A program made the translations under genes and the position numbers. The notes below the pieces were generated by a model. The model was not told where the DNA came from. It made no database searches and saw nothing but the letters and a program-made list of their open reading frames with translations. DNA of 64,000 nucleotides, taken from positions 6,510,001-6,574,000 of the forward strand of contig OZ024745.1 in assembly GCA_964016885.1 (NCBI GenBank), written 5' to 3'. Positions 45,801 through 60,800 of this stretch are shown one piece after another (the first letter of the stretch is position 1; each line of letters opens with the position of its first letter). The DNA is from Eledone cirrhosa (Eukaryota).

Positions 45801-48800
45801 GGTGAGACAGAGTAGCGTGTCTGGAGAGTGAGACATATTAGGGTGTCTGGAGAGTGAGACATAGTAGGGTGTCTGGAGAGTGAGACATAGTAGGGTGTCT
45901 GGACAGTGAGATATAGTAGAGTGTCTGGAGAGTGAGACATAGTAGGGTGTCTGGGGGATGAGACGTAGTAGGGTATCTGGAGGGTGAGACGTAGTAGGGT
46001 GTCTGGAGAGTGAAACATAGTAGGGTGTCTGGAGAGTGAGACATAGTAGGGTGTCTGGAGGGTGAGACGTAGTAGGGTGTATGGAGGGTGAGACGTAGTA
46101 GGGTGTCTGGAGGGTGAGACGTAGTAGGGTGTCTGGAGGGTGAGACGTAGTAGGGTGTCTGGAGAGTGAGACATAGTAGGGTGTCTAGAGGGTGAGACAT
46201 AGTAGGGTGTCTCGAGAGTGAGACATAGTAGGGTGTCTGGAGGGTGAGACGTAGTAGGGTGTTTGGAGGGTGAGACGTAGTAGGGTGTCTGGATGGTGAG
46301 ACAGAGTAGGGTGTCTGGAAGTTGAGTTATAGTAGGGTGTCTGGAGGGTGAGACATAGTAGTGTGTCTGGAGGGTGAGACACAGGGTGTCTGGAGGGTGA
46401 GACAGAGTAGGGTGTCTGGAGGGTGAGACATAGTAGGGTGTCTGGAGGGTGACACATAGTAGGGTGTCTAGAGGGTGAGACATAGTAGGGTGTCTGGAGG
46501 GTGAGACGTAGTAGGGTGTCTGGAGGGTGAGACGTAGTAGGTTCTCTGGACTGTGAGACAGAGTAGGGTGTCTGGAGGGTGAGACATAGTAGGGTTTCTG
46601 GAGGGTGAGACATAGTAGGGTTTCTGGAGGGTGAGACATAGTATGGTGTCTGGGGTTGAGACACAGGGTGTCTGGGGGTGAGACATAGTAGCGTGTCTAG
46701 AGAGTGAGATATAGTAGGGTGTCTGGAGGGTGAGACATAGTAGGGTGTCTGGAGAGTGAGACATAGTAGGGTGTCTGGAGGGTGAGACATAGTAGGGTGT
46801 CTGGAGGGTGAGACAGAGTAGGGTGTCTGGAGTTTGAGTTATAGTAGGGTGTCTGGAGGGTGAGTTATAGTAGGGTGTCTGGAGGGTGAGACATAGTAGG
46901 GTGTCTGGAGGGTGAGACACAGTAGGGTGTCTAGAGGGTGAGACATAGTAGGGTGTCTCGAGAGTGAGACATAGTAGGGTGTCTGGAGGTTTGAGTTATA
47001 GTAGGGTGTCTGGAGGGTGAGACATAGTAGGGTGTCTGGAGGGTGAGACAGAGTAGGGTGTCTGGAGTTTGAGTTATAGTAGGGTGTCTGGAGGGTGAGA
47101 CAGAGTAGGGTGTCTGGAGGGTGAGACAGAGTAGGGTGTCTGGAGGGTGAGACAGAGTAGGGTGTCTGGAGGGTATACATAGTAGGGTGTCTGGAGGGTG
47201 AGACATAGTAGGTTGTCTGGAGGTTGAGTTATAGTAGGGTGTCTGGAGGGTGAGACATTGTAGGGTGTCTGGAGGGTGAGACAGAGTAGGGTGTCTGGAG
47301 GGTGGGACAGAGTAGGGTGTCTGGAGGTTAAGTTATAGTAGGGTGTCTGGAGGGTTAGAATAGTAGGGTGTCTGGAGAGTGAGACATAGTAGGGTGTCTG
47401 GAGGGTGAGACGTAGTAGGGTGTCTGGAGGGTGAGACATAGTAGGGGGTCTGGAGGTTGAGTTATAGTAGGGTGTCTGGAGGGTGAGACAGAGTAGGGTG
47501 TCTGGAGAGTGAGACATATTAGGGTGTCTGGAGAGTGAGACATAGTAGGGTGTCTGGAGAGTGAGACATAGTAGGGTGTCTGGGGGATGAGACGTAGTAG
47601 GGTATATGTAGGGTGAGACGTAGTAGGGTGTCTGGAGGGTGAGACATAGTAGGGTGTCTGGAGGGTGAGACGTAGTAGGGTGTCTGGAGGGTGAGACGTA
47701 GTAGGGTGTTTGGAGGGTGAGACGTAGTAGGGTGTCTGGATGGTGAGACGTAGTATGGTGTCTGGAGGGTGAGACAGAGTAGGGTGTCTGGAAGTTGAGT
47801 TATAGTAGGGTGTCTGGAGGGTGAGACATAGTAGTGTGTCTGGAGGGTGAGACACAGGGTGTCTGGAGGGTGAGACAGAGTAGGGTGTCTGGAGGGTGAG
47901 ACATAGTAGGGTGTCTGGAGGGTGACACATAGTAGGGTGTCTAGAGGGTGAGACATAGTAGGGTGTCTGGAGGGTGAGACGTAGTAGGGTGTCTGGAGGG
48001 TGAGACGTAGTAGGTTGTCTGGACTGTGAGACAGAGTAGGGTGTCTGGAGGGTGAGACATAGTAGGGTTTCTGGAGTGTGAGACATAGTAGGGTTTCTGG
48101 AGGGTGAGACATAGTATGGTGTCTGGGGGTGAGACACAGGGTGTCTGGGGGTGAGACATAGTAGCGTGTCTAGAGAGTGAGATATAGTAGGGTGTCTGGA
48201 GGGTGAGACATAGTAGGGTGTCTGGAGAGTGAGACATAGTAGGGTGTCTGGAGGGTGAGACAGAGTAGCGTGTCTGGAGAGTGAGACATAGTAGGGTGTC
48301 TAGAGAGTGAGACATAGTAGGGTTTCTGGAGGTTGAGTTATAGTAGGGTGTCTGGGGGGTGAGACATAGTAGGGTGTCTGGAGGGTGAGACAAAGTACGG
48401 TGTCTGGAGGTTGAGTTATAGTAGGGTGTCTGGAGGGTGAGACATAGTAGGGTGTCTGGAGGGTGAGACAGAGTAGCGTGTCTGGAGAGTGAGACATAGT
48501 AGGGTCTCTGGAGAGTGAGACATAGTAGGGTTTCTGGAGGTTGAGTTATAGTAGGTTGTCTGGAGGGTGAGACATAGTAGGGTGTCTGGAGGGTGAGACA
48601 AAGTACGGTGTCTGGAGGTTTAGTTATAGTAGGGTGTCTGGGGGGTGAGACATAGTAGTGTGTCTGGAGGGTGAGACACAGGGTGTCTGGAGGGTGAGAC
48701 AGAGTAGGGTGTCTGGAGGGTGAGACATAGTAGGGTGTCTGGAGGGTGACACATAGTAGGGTGTCTAGAGGGTGAGACATAGTAGGGTGTCTGGAGGGTG

Positions 48801-51800
48801 AGACGTAGTAGGGTGTCTGGAGGGTGAGACGTAGTAGGTTGTCTGGACTGTGAGACAGAGTAGGGTGTCTGGAGGGTGAGACATAGTAGGGTTTCTGGAG
48901 GGTGAGACATAGTAGGGTTTCTGGAGGGTGAGACATAGTATGGTGTCTGGGGGTGAGACACAGGGTGTCTGGGGGTGAGACATAGTAGCGTGTCTAGAGA
49001 GTGAGATATAGTAGGGTGTCTGGAGGGTGAGACATAGTAGGGTGTCTGGAGAGTGAGACATAGTAGGGTGTCTGGAGGGTGAGACAGAGTAGGGGGTCTG
49101 GAGGTTGAGTTATAGTAGGGTGTCTGGAGGGTGAGACAGAGTAGGGTGTCTGGAGAGTGAGACATAGTAGGGTGTCTGGACGGTGAGACAGAGTAGGATG
49201 TCTGGAGGGTGAGTCAGAGTAGGGTGTCTGGAGGGTGAGACAGAGTAGGGTGACTGGAGGGTGAGACATAGTAGGGTGTCTGGAGGGTGAGACAGAGTAG
49301 CGTGTCTGGAGAGTGAGACATATTAGGGTGTCTGGAGAGTGAGACATAGTAGGGTGTCTGGAGAGTGAGACATAGTAGGGTGTCTGGACAGTGAGATATA
49401 GTAGAGTGTCTGGAGAGTGAGACATAGTAGGGTGTCTGGGGGATGAGACGTAGTAGGGTATCTGGAGGGTGAGACGTAGTAGGGTGTCTGGAGAGTGAAA
49501 CATAGTAGGGTGTCTGGAGAGTGAGACATAGTAGGGTGTCTGGAGGGTGAGACGTAGTAGGGTGTATGGAGGGTGAGACGTAGTAAGGTGTCTGGAGGGT
49601 GAGACGTAGTAGGGTGTCTGGAGGGTGAGACGTAGTAGGGTGTCTGGAGAGTGAGACATAGTAGGGTGTCTAGAGGGTGAGACATAGTAGGGTGTCTCGA
49701 GAGTGAGACATAGTAGGGTGTCTGGAGGGTGAGACGTAGTAGGGTGTTTGGAGGGTGAGACGTAGTAGGGTGTCTGGATGGTGAGACGTAGTATGGTGTC
49801 TGGAGGGTGAGACAGAGTAGGGTGTCTGGAAGTTGAGTTATAGTAGGGTGTCTGGAGGGTGAGACATAGTAGTGTGTCTGGAGGGTGAGACACAGGGTGT
49901 CTGGAGGGTGAGACAGAGTAGGGTGTCTGGAGGGTGAGACATAGTAGGGTGTCTGGAGGGTGACACATAGTAGGGTGTCTAGAGGGTGAGACATAGTAGG
50001 GTGTCTGGAGGGTGAGACGTAGTAGGGTGTCTGGAGGGTGAGACGTAGTAGGTTGTCTGGACTGTGAGACAGAGTAGGGTGTCTGGAGGGTGAGACATAG
50101 TAGGGTTTCTGGAGGGTGAGACATAGTAGGGTTTCTGGAGGGTGAGACATAGTATGGTGTCTGGGGGTGAGACACAGGGTGTCTGGGGGTGAGACATAGT
50201 AGCGTGTCTAGAGAGTGAGATATAGTACGGTGTCTGGAGGGTGAGACATAGTAGGGTGTCTGGAGAGTGAGACATAGTAGGGTGTCTGGAGGGTGAGACA
50301 GAGTAGCGTGTCTGGAGAGTGAGACATAGTAGGGTGTCTGGAGAGTGAGACATAGTAGGGTTTCTGGAGGTTGAGTTATAGTAGGGTGTCTGGGGGGTGA
50401 GACATAGTAGGGTGTCTGGAGGGTGAGACAAAGTACGGTGTCTGGAGGTTGAGTTATAGTAGGGTGTCTGGAGGGTGAGACATAGTAGGGTGTCTGGAGG
50501 GTGAGACAGAGTAGCGTGTCTGGAGAGTGAGACATAGTAGGGTCTCTGGAGAGTGAGACAAAGTAGGGTTTCTGGAGGTTGAGTTATAGTAGGTTGTCTG
50601 GAGGGTGAGACATAGTAGGGTGTCTGGAGGGTGAGACAAAGTACGGTGTCTGGAGGTTTAGATATAGTAGGGTGTCTGGGGGGTGAGACATAGTAGTGTG
50701 TCTGGAGGGTGAGACACAGGGTGTCTGGAGGGTGAGACAGAGTAGGGTGTCTGGAGGGTGAGACATAGTAGGGTGTCTGGAGGGTGACACATAGTAGGGT
50801 GTCTAGAGGGTGAGACATAGTAGGGTGTCTGGAGGGTGAGACGTAGTAGGGTGTCTGGAGGGTGAGACGTAGTAGGTTGTCTGGACTGTGAGACAGAGTA
50901 GGGTGTCTGGAGGGTGAGACATAGTAGGGTTTCTGGAGGGTGAGACATAGTAGGGTTTCTGGAGGGTGAGACATAGTATGGTGTCTGGGGGTGAGACACA
51001 GGGTGTCTGGGGGTGAGACATAGTAGCGTGTCTAGAGAGTGAGATATAGTAGGGTGTCTGGAGGGTGAGACATAGTAGGGTGTCTGGAGAGTGAGACATA
51101 GTAGGGTGTCTGGAGGGTGAGACAGAGTAGGGGGTCTGGAGGTTGAGTTATAGTAGGGTGTCTGGAGGGTGAGACAGAGTAGGGTGTCTGGAGAGTGAGA
51201 CATAGTAGGGTGTCTGGACGGTGAGACAGAGTAGGATGTCTGGAGGGTGAGTCAGAGTAGGGTGTCTGGAGGGTGAGACAGAGTAGGGTGACTGGAGGGT
51301 GAGACATAGTAGGGTGTCTGGAGGGTGAGACAGAGTAGCGTGTCTGGAGAGTGAGACATATTAGGGTGTCTGGAGAGTGAGACATAGTAGGGTGTCTGGA
51401 GAGTGAGACATAGTAGGGTGTCTGGACAGTGAGATATAGTAGAGTGTCTGGAGAGTGAGACATAGTAGGGTGTCTGGGGGATGAGACGTAGTAGGGTATC
51501 TGGAGGGTGAGACGTAGTAGGGTGTCTGGAGAGTGAAACATAGTAGGGTGTCTGGAGAGTGAGACATAGTAGGGTGTCTGGAGGGTGAGACGTAGTAGGG
51601 TGTATGGAGGGTGAGACGTAGTAGGGTGTCTGGAGGGTGAGACGTAGTAGGGTGTCTGGAGGGTGAGACGTAGTAGGGTGTCTGGAGAGTGAGACATAGT
51701 AGGGTGTCTAGAGGGTGAGACATAGTAGGGTGTCTCGAGAGTGAGACATAGTCGGGTGTCTGGAGGGTGAGACGTAGTAGGGTGTTTGGAGGGTGAGACG

Positions 51801-54800
51801 TAGTAGGGTGTCTGGATGGTGAGACGTAGTATGGTGTCTGGAGGGTGAGACAGAGTAGGGTGTCTGGAAGTTGAGTTATAGTAGGGTGTCTGGAGGGTGA
51901 GACATAGTAGTGTGTCTGGAGGGTGAGACACAGGGTGTCTGGAGGGTGAGACAGAGTAGGGTGTCTGGAGGGTGAGACATAGTAGGGTGTCTGGAGGGTG
52001 ACACATAGTAGGGTGTCTAGAGGGTGAGACATAGTAGGGTGTCTGGAGGGTGAGACGTAGTAGGGTGTCTGGAGGGTGAGACGTAGTAGGTTGTCTGGAC
52101 TGTGAGACAGAGTAGGGTGTCTGGAGGGTGAGACATAGTAGGGTTTCTGGAGGGTGAGACATAGTAGGGTTTCTGGAGGGTGAGACATAGTATGGTGTCT
52201 GGGGGTGAGACATAGTAGCGTGTCTAGAGAGTGAGATATAGTAGGGTGTCTGGAGGGTGAGACATAGTAGGGTGTCTGGAGAGTGAGACAGAGTAGCGTG
52301 TCTGGAGAGTGAGACATAGTAGGGTGTCTGGAGAGTGAGACGTAGTAGGGTGTCTGGAGGGTGAGACAGAGTAGCGTGTCTGGAGAGTGAGACATAGTAG
52401 GGTCTCTGGAGAGTGAGACATAGTAGGGTTTCTGGAGGTTGAGTTATAGTAGGTTGTCTGTAGGGTGAGACATAGTAGGGTGTCTGGAGGGTGAGACAAA
52501 GTACGGTGTCTGGAGGTTTAGTTATAGTAGGGTGTCTGGGGGGTGAGACATAGTAGGGTGACTGGAGGGTGAGACAAAGTACGGTGTCAGGAGGTTGAGT
52601 TATAGTAGGGTGTCTGGAGGGTGAGACATAGTAGGGTGTCTGGAGGGTGAGACAGAGTAGCGTGTCTGGAGAGTGAGACATAGTAGGGTCTCTGGAGAGT
52701 GAGACATAGTAGGGTTTCTGGAGGTTGAGTTATAGTAGGTCGTCTGGAGGATGAGACATAGTAGGGTGTCTGGAGGGTGAGACAGAGTAGCGTGTCTGGA
52801 GGGTGAGACAGAGTAGGGTGTCTGGAGGTTGAGTTATAGTAGGGTGTCTGGAGGGTGATACATAGTAGGGTGTCTGGAGAGTGAGACATAGTAGGGTGTC
52901 TGGGGGGTGAGACGTAGTAGGGTGTCTGGAGGGTGAGACATAGTGGGGTGTCTGGAGGGTGAGACACAGGGTGTCTGGACGGTGAGACAGAGTAGGGTGT
53001 CTGGAGCGTGAGACATAGTAGGGTGACTGGACGGTGAGACATAGTAGGGTGTCTGGAGGGTGAGACATAGTAGGTTGTCTGCAGGTTGAGTTATAGTAGG
53101 GTGTCTGGAGGGTGAGACATAGTAGGGTGTCTGGAATGTGAGACAAAGTACGGTGTCTGGAGGTTGAGTTATAGTAGGGTGTCTGGAGGGTGAGACATAG
53201 TAGGGTGTCTGGAGGGTGAGACAGAGTAGCGTGTCTGGAGAGTGAGACATAGTAGGGTGTCTGGAGAGTGAGACATAGTAGGGTTTCTGGAGGTTGAGTT
53301 ATAGTAGGGTGTCTGGAGGGTGACACATAGTAGGGTGTCTAGAGGGTGAGACATAGTAGGGTGTCTGGAGGGTGAGACGTAGTAGGGTGTCTGGAGGGTG
53401 AGACGTAGTAGGTTGTCTGGACTGTGAGACAGAGTAGGGTGTCTGGAGGGTGAGACATAGTAGGGTTTCTGGAGGGTGAGACATAGTAGGGTTTCTGGAG
53501 GGTGAGACATAGTATGGTGTCTGGGGGTGAGACACAGGGTGTCTGGGGGTGAGACATAGTAGCGTGTCTAGAGAGTGAGATATAGTAGGGTGTCTGGAGG
53601 GTGAGACATAGTAGGGTGTCTGGAGAGTGAGACATAGTAGGGTGTCTGGAGGGTGAGACAGAGTAGCGTGTCTGGAGAGTGAGACATAGTAGGGTGTCTG
53701 GAGAGTGAGACATAGTAGGGTTTCTGGAGGTTGAGTTATAGTAGGGTGTCTGGGGGGTGAGACATAGTAGGGTGTCTGGAGGGTGAGACAAAGTACGGTG
53801 TCTGGAGGTTGAGTTATAGTAGGGTGTCTGGAGGGTGAGACATAGTAGGGTGTCTGGAGGGTGAGACAGAGTAGCGTGTCTGGAGAGTGAGACATAGTAG
53901 GGTCTCTGGAGAGTGAGACATAGTAGGGTTTCTGGAGGTTGAGTTATAGTAGGTTGTCTGGAGGGTGAGACATAGTAGGGTGTCTGGAGGGTGAGACAAA
54001 GTACGGTGTCTGGAGGTTTAGTTATAGTAGGGTGTCTGGGGGGTGAGACATAGTAGTGTGTCTGGAGGGTGAGACACAGGGTGTCTGGAGGGTGAGACAG
54101 AGTAGGGTGTCTGGAGGGTGAGACATAGTAGGGTGTCTGGAGGGTGACACATAGTAGGGTGTCTAGAGGGTGAGACATAGTTGGGTGTCTGGAGGGTGAG
54201 ACGTAGTAGGGTGTCTGGAGGGTGAGACGTAGTAGGTTGTCTGGACTGTGAGACAGAGTAGGGTGTCTGGAGGGTGAGACATAGTAGGGTTTCTGGAGGG
54301 TGAGACATAGTAGGGTTTCTGGAGGGTGAGACATAGTATGGTGTCTGGGGGTGAGACACAGGGTGTCTGGGGGTGAGACATAGTAGCGTGTCTAGAGAGT
54401 GAGATATAGTAGGGTGTCTGGAGGGTGAGACATAGTAGGGTGTCTGGAGAGTGAGACATAGTAGGTTGTCTGGAGGGTGAGACAGAGTAGGGGGTCTGGA
54501 GGTTGAGTTATAGTAGGGTGTCTGGAGGGTGAGACAGAGTAGGGTGTCTGGAGAGTGAGACATAGTAGGGTGTCTGGACGGTGAGACAGAGTAGGATGTC
54601 TGGAGGGTGAGTCAGAGTAGGGTGTCTGGAGGGTGAGACAGAGTAGGGTGACTGGAGGGTGAGACATAGTAGGGTGTCTGGAGGGTGAGACAGAGTAGCG
54701 TGTCTGGAGAGTGAGACATATTAGGGTGTCTGGAGAGTGAGACATAGTAGGGTGTCTGGAGAGTGAGACATAGTAGGGTGTCTGGACAGTGAGATATAGT

Positions 54801-57800
54801 AGAGTGTCTGGAGAGTGAGACATAGTAGGGTGTCTGGGGGATGAGACGTAGTAGGGTATCTGGAGGGTGAGACGTAGTAGGGTGTCTGGAGAGTGAAACA
54901 TAGTAGGGTGTCTGGAGAGTGAGACATAGTAGGGTGTCTGGAGGGTGAGACGTAGTAGGGTGTATGGAGGGTGAGACGTAGTAGGGTGTCTGGAGGGTGA
55001 GACGTAGTAGGGTGTCTGGAGGGTGAGACGTAGTAGGGTGTCTGGAGAGTGAGACATAGTAGGGTGTCTAGAGGGTGAGACATAGTAGGGTGTCTCGAGA
55101 GTGAGACATAATAGGGTGTCTGGAGGGTGAGACGTAGTAGGGTGTTTGGAGGGTGAGACGTAGTAGGGTGTCTGGATGGTGAGACGTAGTATGGTGTCTG
55201 GAGGGTGAGACAGAGTAGGGTGTCTGGAAGTTGAGTTATAGTAGGGTGTCTGGAGGGTGAGACATAGTAGTGTGTCTGGAGGGTGAGACACAGGGTGTCT
55301 GGAGGGTGAGACAGAGTAGGGTGTCTGGAGGGTGAGACATAGTAGGGTGTCTGGAGGGTGACACATAGTAGGGTGTCTAGAGGGTGAGACATAGTAGGGT
55401 GTCTGGAGGGTGAGACGTAGTAGGGTGTCTGGAGGGTGAGACGTAGTAGGTTGTCTGGACTGTGAGACAGAGTAGGGTGTCTGGAGGGTGAGACATAGTA
55501 GGGTTTCTGGAGGGTGAGACATAGTAGGGTTTCTGGAGGGTGAGACATAGTATGGTGTCTGGGGGTGAGACATAGTAGCGTGTCTAGAGAGTGAGATATA
55601 GTAGGGTGTCTGGAGGGTGAGACATAGTAGGGTGTCTGGAGAGTGAGACAGAGTAGCGTGTCTGGAGAGTGAGACATAGTAGGGTGTCTGGAGAGTGAGA
55701 CATAGTAGGGTGTCTGGAGGGTGAGACAGAGTAGCGTGTCTGGAGAGTGAGACATAGTAGGGTCTCTGGAGAGTGAGACATAGTAGGGTTTCTGGAGGTT
55801 GAGTTATAGTAGGTTGTCTGGAGGGTGAGACATAGTAGGGTGTCTGGAGGGTGAGACAAAGTACGGTGTCTGGAGGTTTAGTTATAGTAGGGTGTCTGGG
55901 GGGTGAGACATAGTAGGGTGACTGGAGGGTGAGACAAAGTACGGTGTCAGGAGGTTGAGTTATAGTAGGGTGTCTGGAGGGTGAGACATAGTAGGGTGTC
56001 TGGAGGGTGAGACAGAGTAGCGTGTCTGGAGAGTGAGACATAGTAGGGTCTCTGGAGAGTGAGACATAGTAGGGTTTCTGGAGGTTGAGTTATAGTAGGT
56101 CGTCTGGAGGATGAGACATAGTAGGGTGTCTGGAGGGTGAGACAGAGTAGCGTGTCTGGAGGGTGAGACAGAGTAGGGTGTCTGGAGGTTGAGTTATAGT
56201 AGGGTGTCTGGAGGGTGAGACATAGTAGGGTGTCTGGAGAGTGAGACATAGTAGGGTGTCTGGGGGGTGAGACGTAGTAGGGTGTCTGGAGGGTGAGACA
56301 TAGTAGGGTGTCTGGAGGGTGAGACACAGGGTGTCTGGACGGTGAGACAGAGTAGGGTGTCTGGAGCGTGAGACATAGTAGGGTGACTGGACGGTGAGAC
56401 ATAGTAGGGTGTCTGGAGGGTGAGACATAGTAGGTTGTCTGCAGGTTGAGTTATAGTAGGGTGTCTGGAGGGTGAGACATAGTAGGGTGTCTGGAATGTG
56501 AGACAAAGTACGGTGTCTGGAGGTTGAGTTATAGTAGGGTGTCTGGAGGGTGAGACATAGTAGGGTGTCTGGAGGGTGAGACAGAGTAGCGTGTCTGGAG
56601 AGTGAGACATAGTAGGGTGTCTGGAGAGTGAGACATAGTAGGGTTTCTGGAGGTTGAGTTATAGTAGGGTGTCTGGAGGGTGAGACATAGTAGGGTGTCT
56701 GGAGCGTGAGACAAAGTACGGTGTCTGGAGGTTGAGTTATAGTAGGGTGTCTGGAGGGTGAGACATAGTAGGGTATCTGGAGGGTGAGACAGAGTAGGGT
56801 GTCTGGAGAGTGAGACATAGTAGGGTGTCTGGGGGGTGAGACGTAGTAGGGTGTCTGGAGAGTGAGACATAGTAGGGTATCTGGAGGGTGAGACACAGGG
56901 TGTCTGGAGAGTGAGACAGAGTAGGGTGTCTGGAGGGTGAGACATAGTAGGGTGTCTGGAGGGTGAGACACAGGGTGTCTGGACGGTGAGACAGAGTAGG
57001 GTGTCTGGAGCGTGAGACATAGTAGGGTGACTGGACGGTGAGACATAGTAGGGTGTCTGGAGGGTGAGACATAGTAGGTTGTCTGCAGGTTGAGTTATAG
57101 TAGGGTGTCTGGAGGGTGAGACATAGTAGGGTGACTGGAGGGTGAGACATAGTAGGGTGTGTGGAGGGTGAGACATAGTAGGTTGTCTGGAGGTTGAGTT
57201 ATAGTAGGGTGTCTGGAGTGTGAGACATAGTAGGGTGTCTGGAGGGTGAGACAGAGTAGGGTGTCTGGAGGGTGGGACAGAGTAGGGTGTCTGGAGGTTG
57301 AGTTATAGAAGGGTGTCTTGAGGGTGAGACATATTAGGGTGTCTGGAGAGTGAGACATAGTAGGCTGTCTGGTGGGTGAGACATAGTAGCGTGTCTGGAG
57401 GGTGAGACGTAGTAGGGTGTCTGGAGGGTGAGACAGAGTAGGGTGTCTGGAGGGTGAGACATAGTAGGGTTTCTTGAGGGTGAGACATAGTATGGTGTCT
57501 GGAGGGTGAGACACAGGGTGTCTGGGGGTGAGACATAGTAGCGTGTCTGGAGAGTGAGACATAGTAGGGTGTCTGGAGGGTGAGACGTAGTAGGGTGTCT
57601 GGAGGTTGAGTTATAGTAGGGTGTCTGGAGGATGAGACATAGTAGGGTGTCTGGAGGGTGAGACAGAGTAGTGTGTCTGAAGGGTGAGACGTAGTAGGGT
57701 GTATGGAGGGTGAGACGTAGTAGGGTGTCTGGAGGGTGAGACGTAGTAGGGTATCTGGAGGGTGAGACGTAGTAGGGTGTCTGGAGAGTGAGACATAGTA

Positions 57801-60800
57801 GGGTGTCTCGAGAGTGAGACATAGTAGGGTGTCTGGAGGGTGAGACATAGTAGCGTGTCTGGAGAGTGAGACATAGTAGGGTGTCTGGAGGGTGAGACAG
57901 AGTAGCGTGTCTGGAGAGTGAGACAGAGTAGGGTATCTGGAGAGTGAGACATAGTAGGGTTTCTGGAGGTTGAGTTATAGTAGGGTGTCTGGAGGGTGAG
58001 ACATAGTAGGGTGTCTGGAGGGTGAGACAAAGTACGGTGTCTGGAGGTTGAGTTATAGTAGGGTGTCTGGAGGGTGAGACATAGTAGGGTGTCTGGAGGG
58101 TGAGACAGAGTAGCGTGTCTGGAGAGTGAGACATAGTAGGGTGTCTGGAGAGTGAGACATAGTAGGGTTTCTGGAGGTTGAGTTATAGTAGGGTGTCTGG
58201 AGGGTGAGACATAGTAGGGTGTCTGGAGCGTGAGACAAAGTACGGTGTCTGGAGGTTGAGTTATAGTAGGGTGTCTGGAGAGTGAGACATAGTAGGGTAT
58301 CTGGAGGGTGAGACAGAGTAGGGTGTCTGGAGAGTGAGACATAGTAGGGTGTCTGGGGGGTGAGACGTAGTAGGGTGTCTGGAGAGTGAGACATAGTAGG
58401 GTATCTGGAGGGTGAGACACAGGGTGTCTGGAGAGTGAGACAGAGTAGGGTGTCTGGAGGGTGAGACATAGTAGGGTGTCTGGAGGGTGAGACACAGGGT
58501 GTCTGGACGGTGAGACAGAGTAGGGTGTCTGGAGCGTGAGACATAGTAGGGTGACTGGACGGTGAGACATAGTAGGGTGTCTGGAGGGTGAGACATAGTA
58601 GGTTGTCTGCAGGTTGAGTTATAGTAGGGTGTCTGGAGGGTGAGACATAGTAGGGTGACTGGAGGGTGAGACATAGTAGGGTGTGTGGAGGGTGAGACAT
58701 AGTAGGTTGTCTGGAGGTTGAGTTATAGTAGGGTGTCTGGAGTGTGAGACATAGTAGGGTGTCTGGAGGGTGAGACAGAGTAGGGTGTCTGGAGGGTGGG
58801 ACAGAGTAGGGTGTCTGGAGGTTGAGTTATAGAAGGGTGTCTTGAGGGTGAGACATATTAGGGTGTCTGGAGAGTGAGACATAGTAGGCTGTCTGGTGGG
58901 TGAGACATAGTAGCGTGTCTGGAGGGTGAGACGTAGTAGGGTGTCTGGAGGGTGAGACAGAGTAGGGTGTCTGGAGGGTGAGACATAGTAGGGTTTCTTG
59001 AGGGTGAGACATAGTATGGTGTCTGGAGGGTGAGACACAGGGTGTCTGGGGGGTGAGACATAGTAGCGTGTCTGGAGAGTGAGACATAGTAGGGTGTCTG
59101 GAGGGTGAGACGTAGTAGGGTGTCTGGAGGTTGAGTTATAGTAGGGTGTCTGGAGGATGAGACATAGTAGGGTGTCTGGAGGGTGAGACAGAGTAGTGTG
59201 TCTGAAGGGTGAGACGTAGTAGGGTGTATGGAGGGTGAGACGTAGTAGGGTGTCTGGAGGGTGAGACGTAGTAGGGTATCTGGAGGGTGAGACGTAGTAG
59301 GGTGTCTGGAGAGTGAGACATAGTAGGGTGTCTCGAGAGTGAGACATAGTAGGGTGTCTGGAGGGTGAGACATAGTAGCGTGTCTGGAGAGTGAGACATA
59401 GTAGGGTGTCTGGAGGGTGAGACAGAGTAGCGTGTCTGGAGAGTGAGACAGAGTAGGGTATCTGGAGAGTGAGACATAGTAGGGTTTCTGGAGGTTGAGT
59501 TATAGTAGGGTGTCTGGAGGGTGAGACATAGTAGGGTGTCTGGAGGGTGAGACAAAGTACGGTGTCTGGAGGTTGAGTTATAGTAGGGTGTCTGGAGGGT
59601 GAGACATAGTAGGGTGTCTGGAGGGTGAGACAGAGTAGCGTGTCTGGAGAGTGAGACATAGTAGGGTGTCTGGAGAGTGAGACATAGTAGGGTTTCTGGA
59701 GGTTGAGTTATAGTAGGGTGTCTGGAGGGTGAGACATAGTAGGGTGTCTGGAGCGTGAGACAAAGTACGGTGTCTGGAGGTTGAGTTATAGTAGGGTGTC
59801 TGGAGAGTGAGACATAGTAGGGTATCTGGAGGGTGAGACAGAGTAGGGTGTCTGGAGAGTGAGACATAGTAGGGTGTCTGGGGGGTGAGACGTAGTAGGG
59901 TGTCTGGAGAGTGAGACATAGTAGGGTATCTGGAGGGTGAGACACAGGGTGTCTGGAGAGTGAGACAGAGTAGGGTGTCTGGAGGGTGAGACATAGTAGG
60001 GTGTCTGGAGGGTGAGACACAGGGTGTCTGGACGGTGAGACAGAGTAGGGTGTCTGGAGCGTGAGACATAGTAGGGTGACTGGACGGTGAGACATAGTAG
60101 GGTGTCTGGAGGGTGAGACATAGTAGGTTGTCTGCAGGTTGAGTTATAGTAGGGTGTCTGGAGGGTGAGACATAGTAGGGTGACTGGAGGGTGAGACAGA
60201 GTAGGGTGTGTGGAGGGTGAGACATAGTAGGTTGTCTGGAGGTTGAGTTATAGTAGGGTGTCTGGAGTGTGACACATAGTAGGGTGTCTGGAGGGTGAGA
60301 CAGAGTAGGGTGTCTGGAGGGTGGGACAGAGTAGGGTGTCTGGAGGTTGAGTTATAGAAGGGTGTCTTGAGGGTGAGACATATTAGGGTGTCTGGAGAGT
60401 GAGACATAGTAGGCTGTCTGGTGGGTGAGACATAGTAGGGTGTCTGGAGGGTGAGACGTAGTAGGGTGTCTGGAGGGTGAGACAGAGTAGGGTGTCTGGA
60501 GGGTGAGACATAGTAGGGTTTCTTGAGGGTGAGACATAGTATGGTGTCTGGAGGGTGAGACACAGGGTGTCTGGGGGGTGAGACATAGTAGCGTGTCTGG
60601 AGAGTGAGACATAGTAGGGTGTCTGGAGGGTGAGACGTAGTAGGGTGTCTGGAGGTTGAGTTATAGTAGGGTGTCTGGAGGATGAGACATAGTAGGGTGT
60701 CTGGAGGGTGAGACAGAGTAGTGTGTCTGAAGGGTGAGACGTAGTAGGGTGTATGGAGGGTGAGACGTAGTAGGGTGTCTGGAGGGTGAGACGTAGTAGG

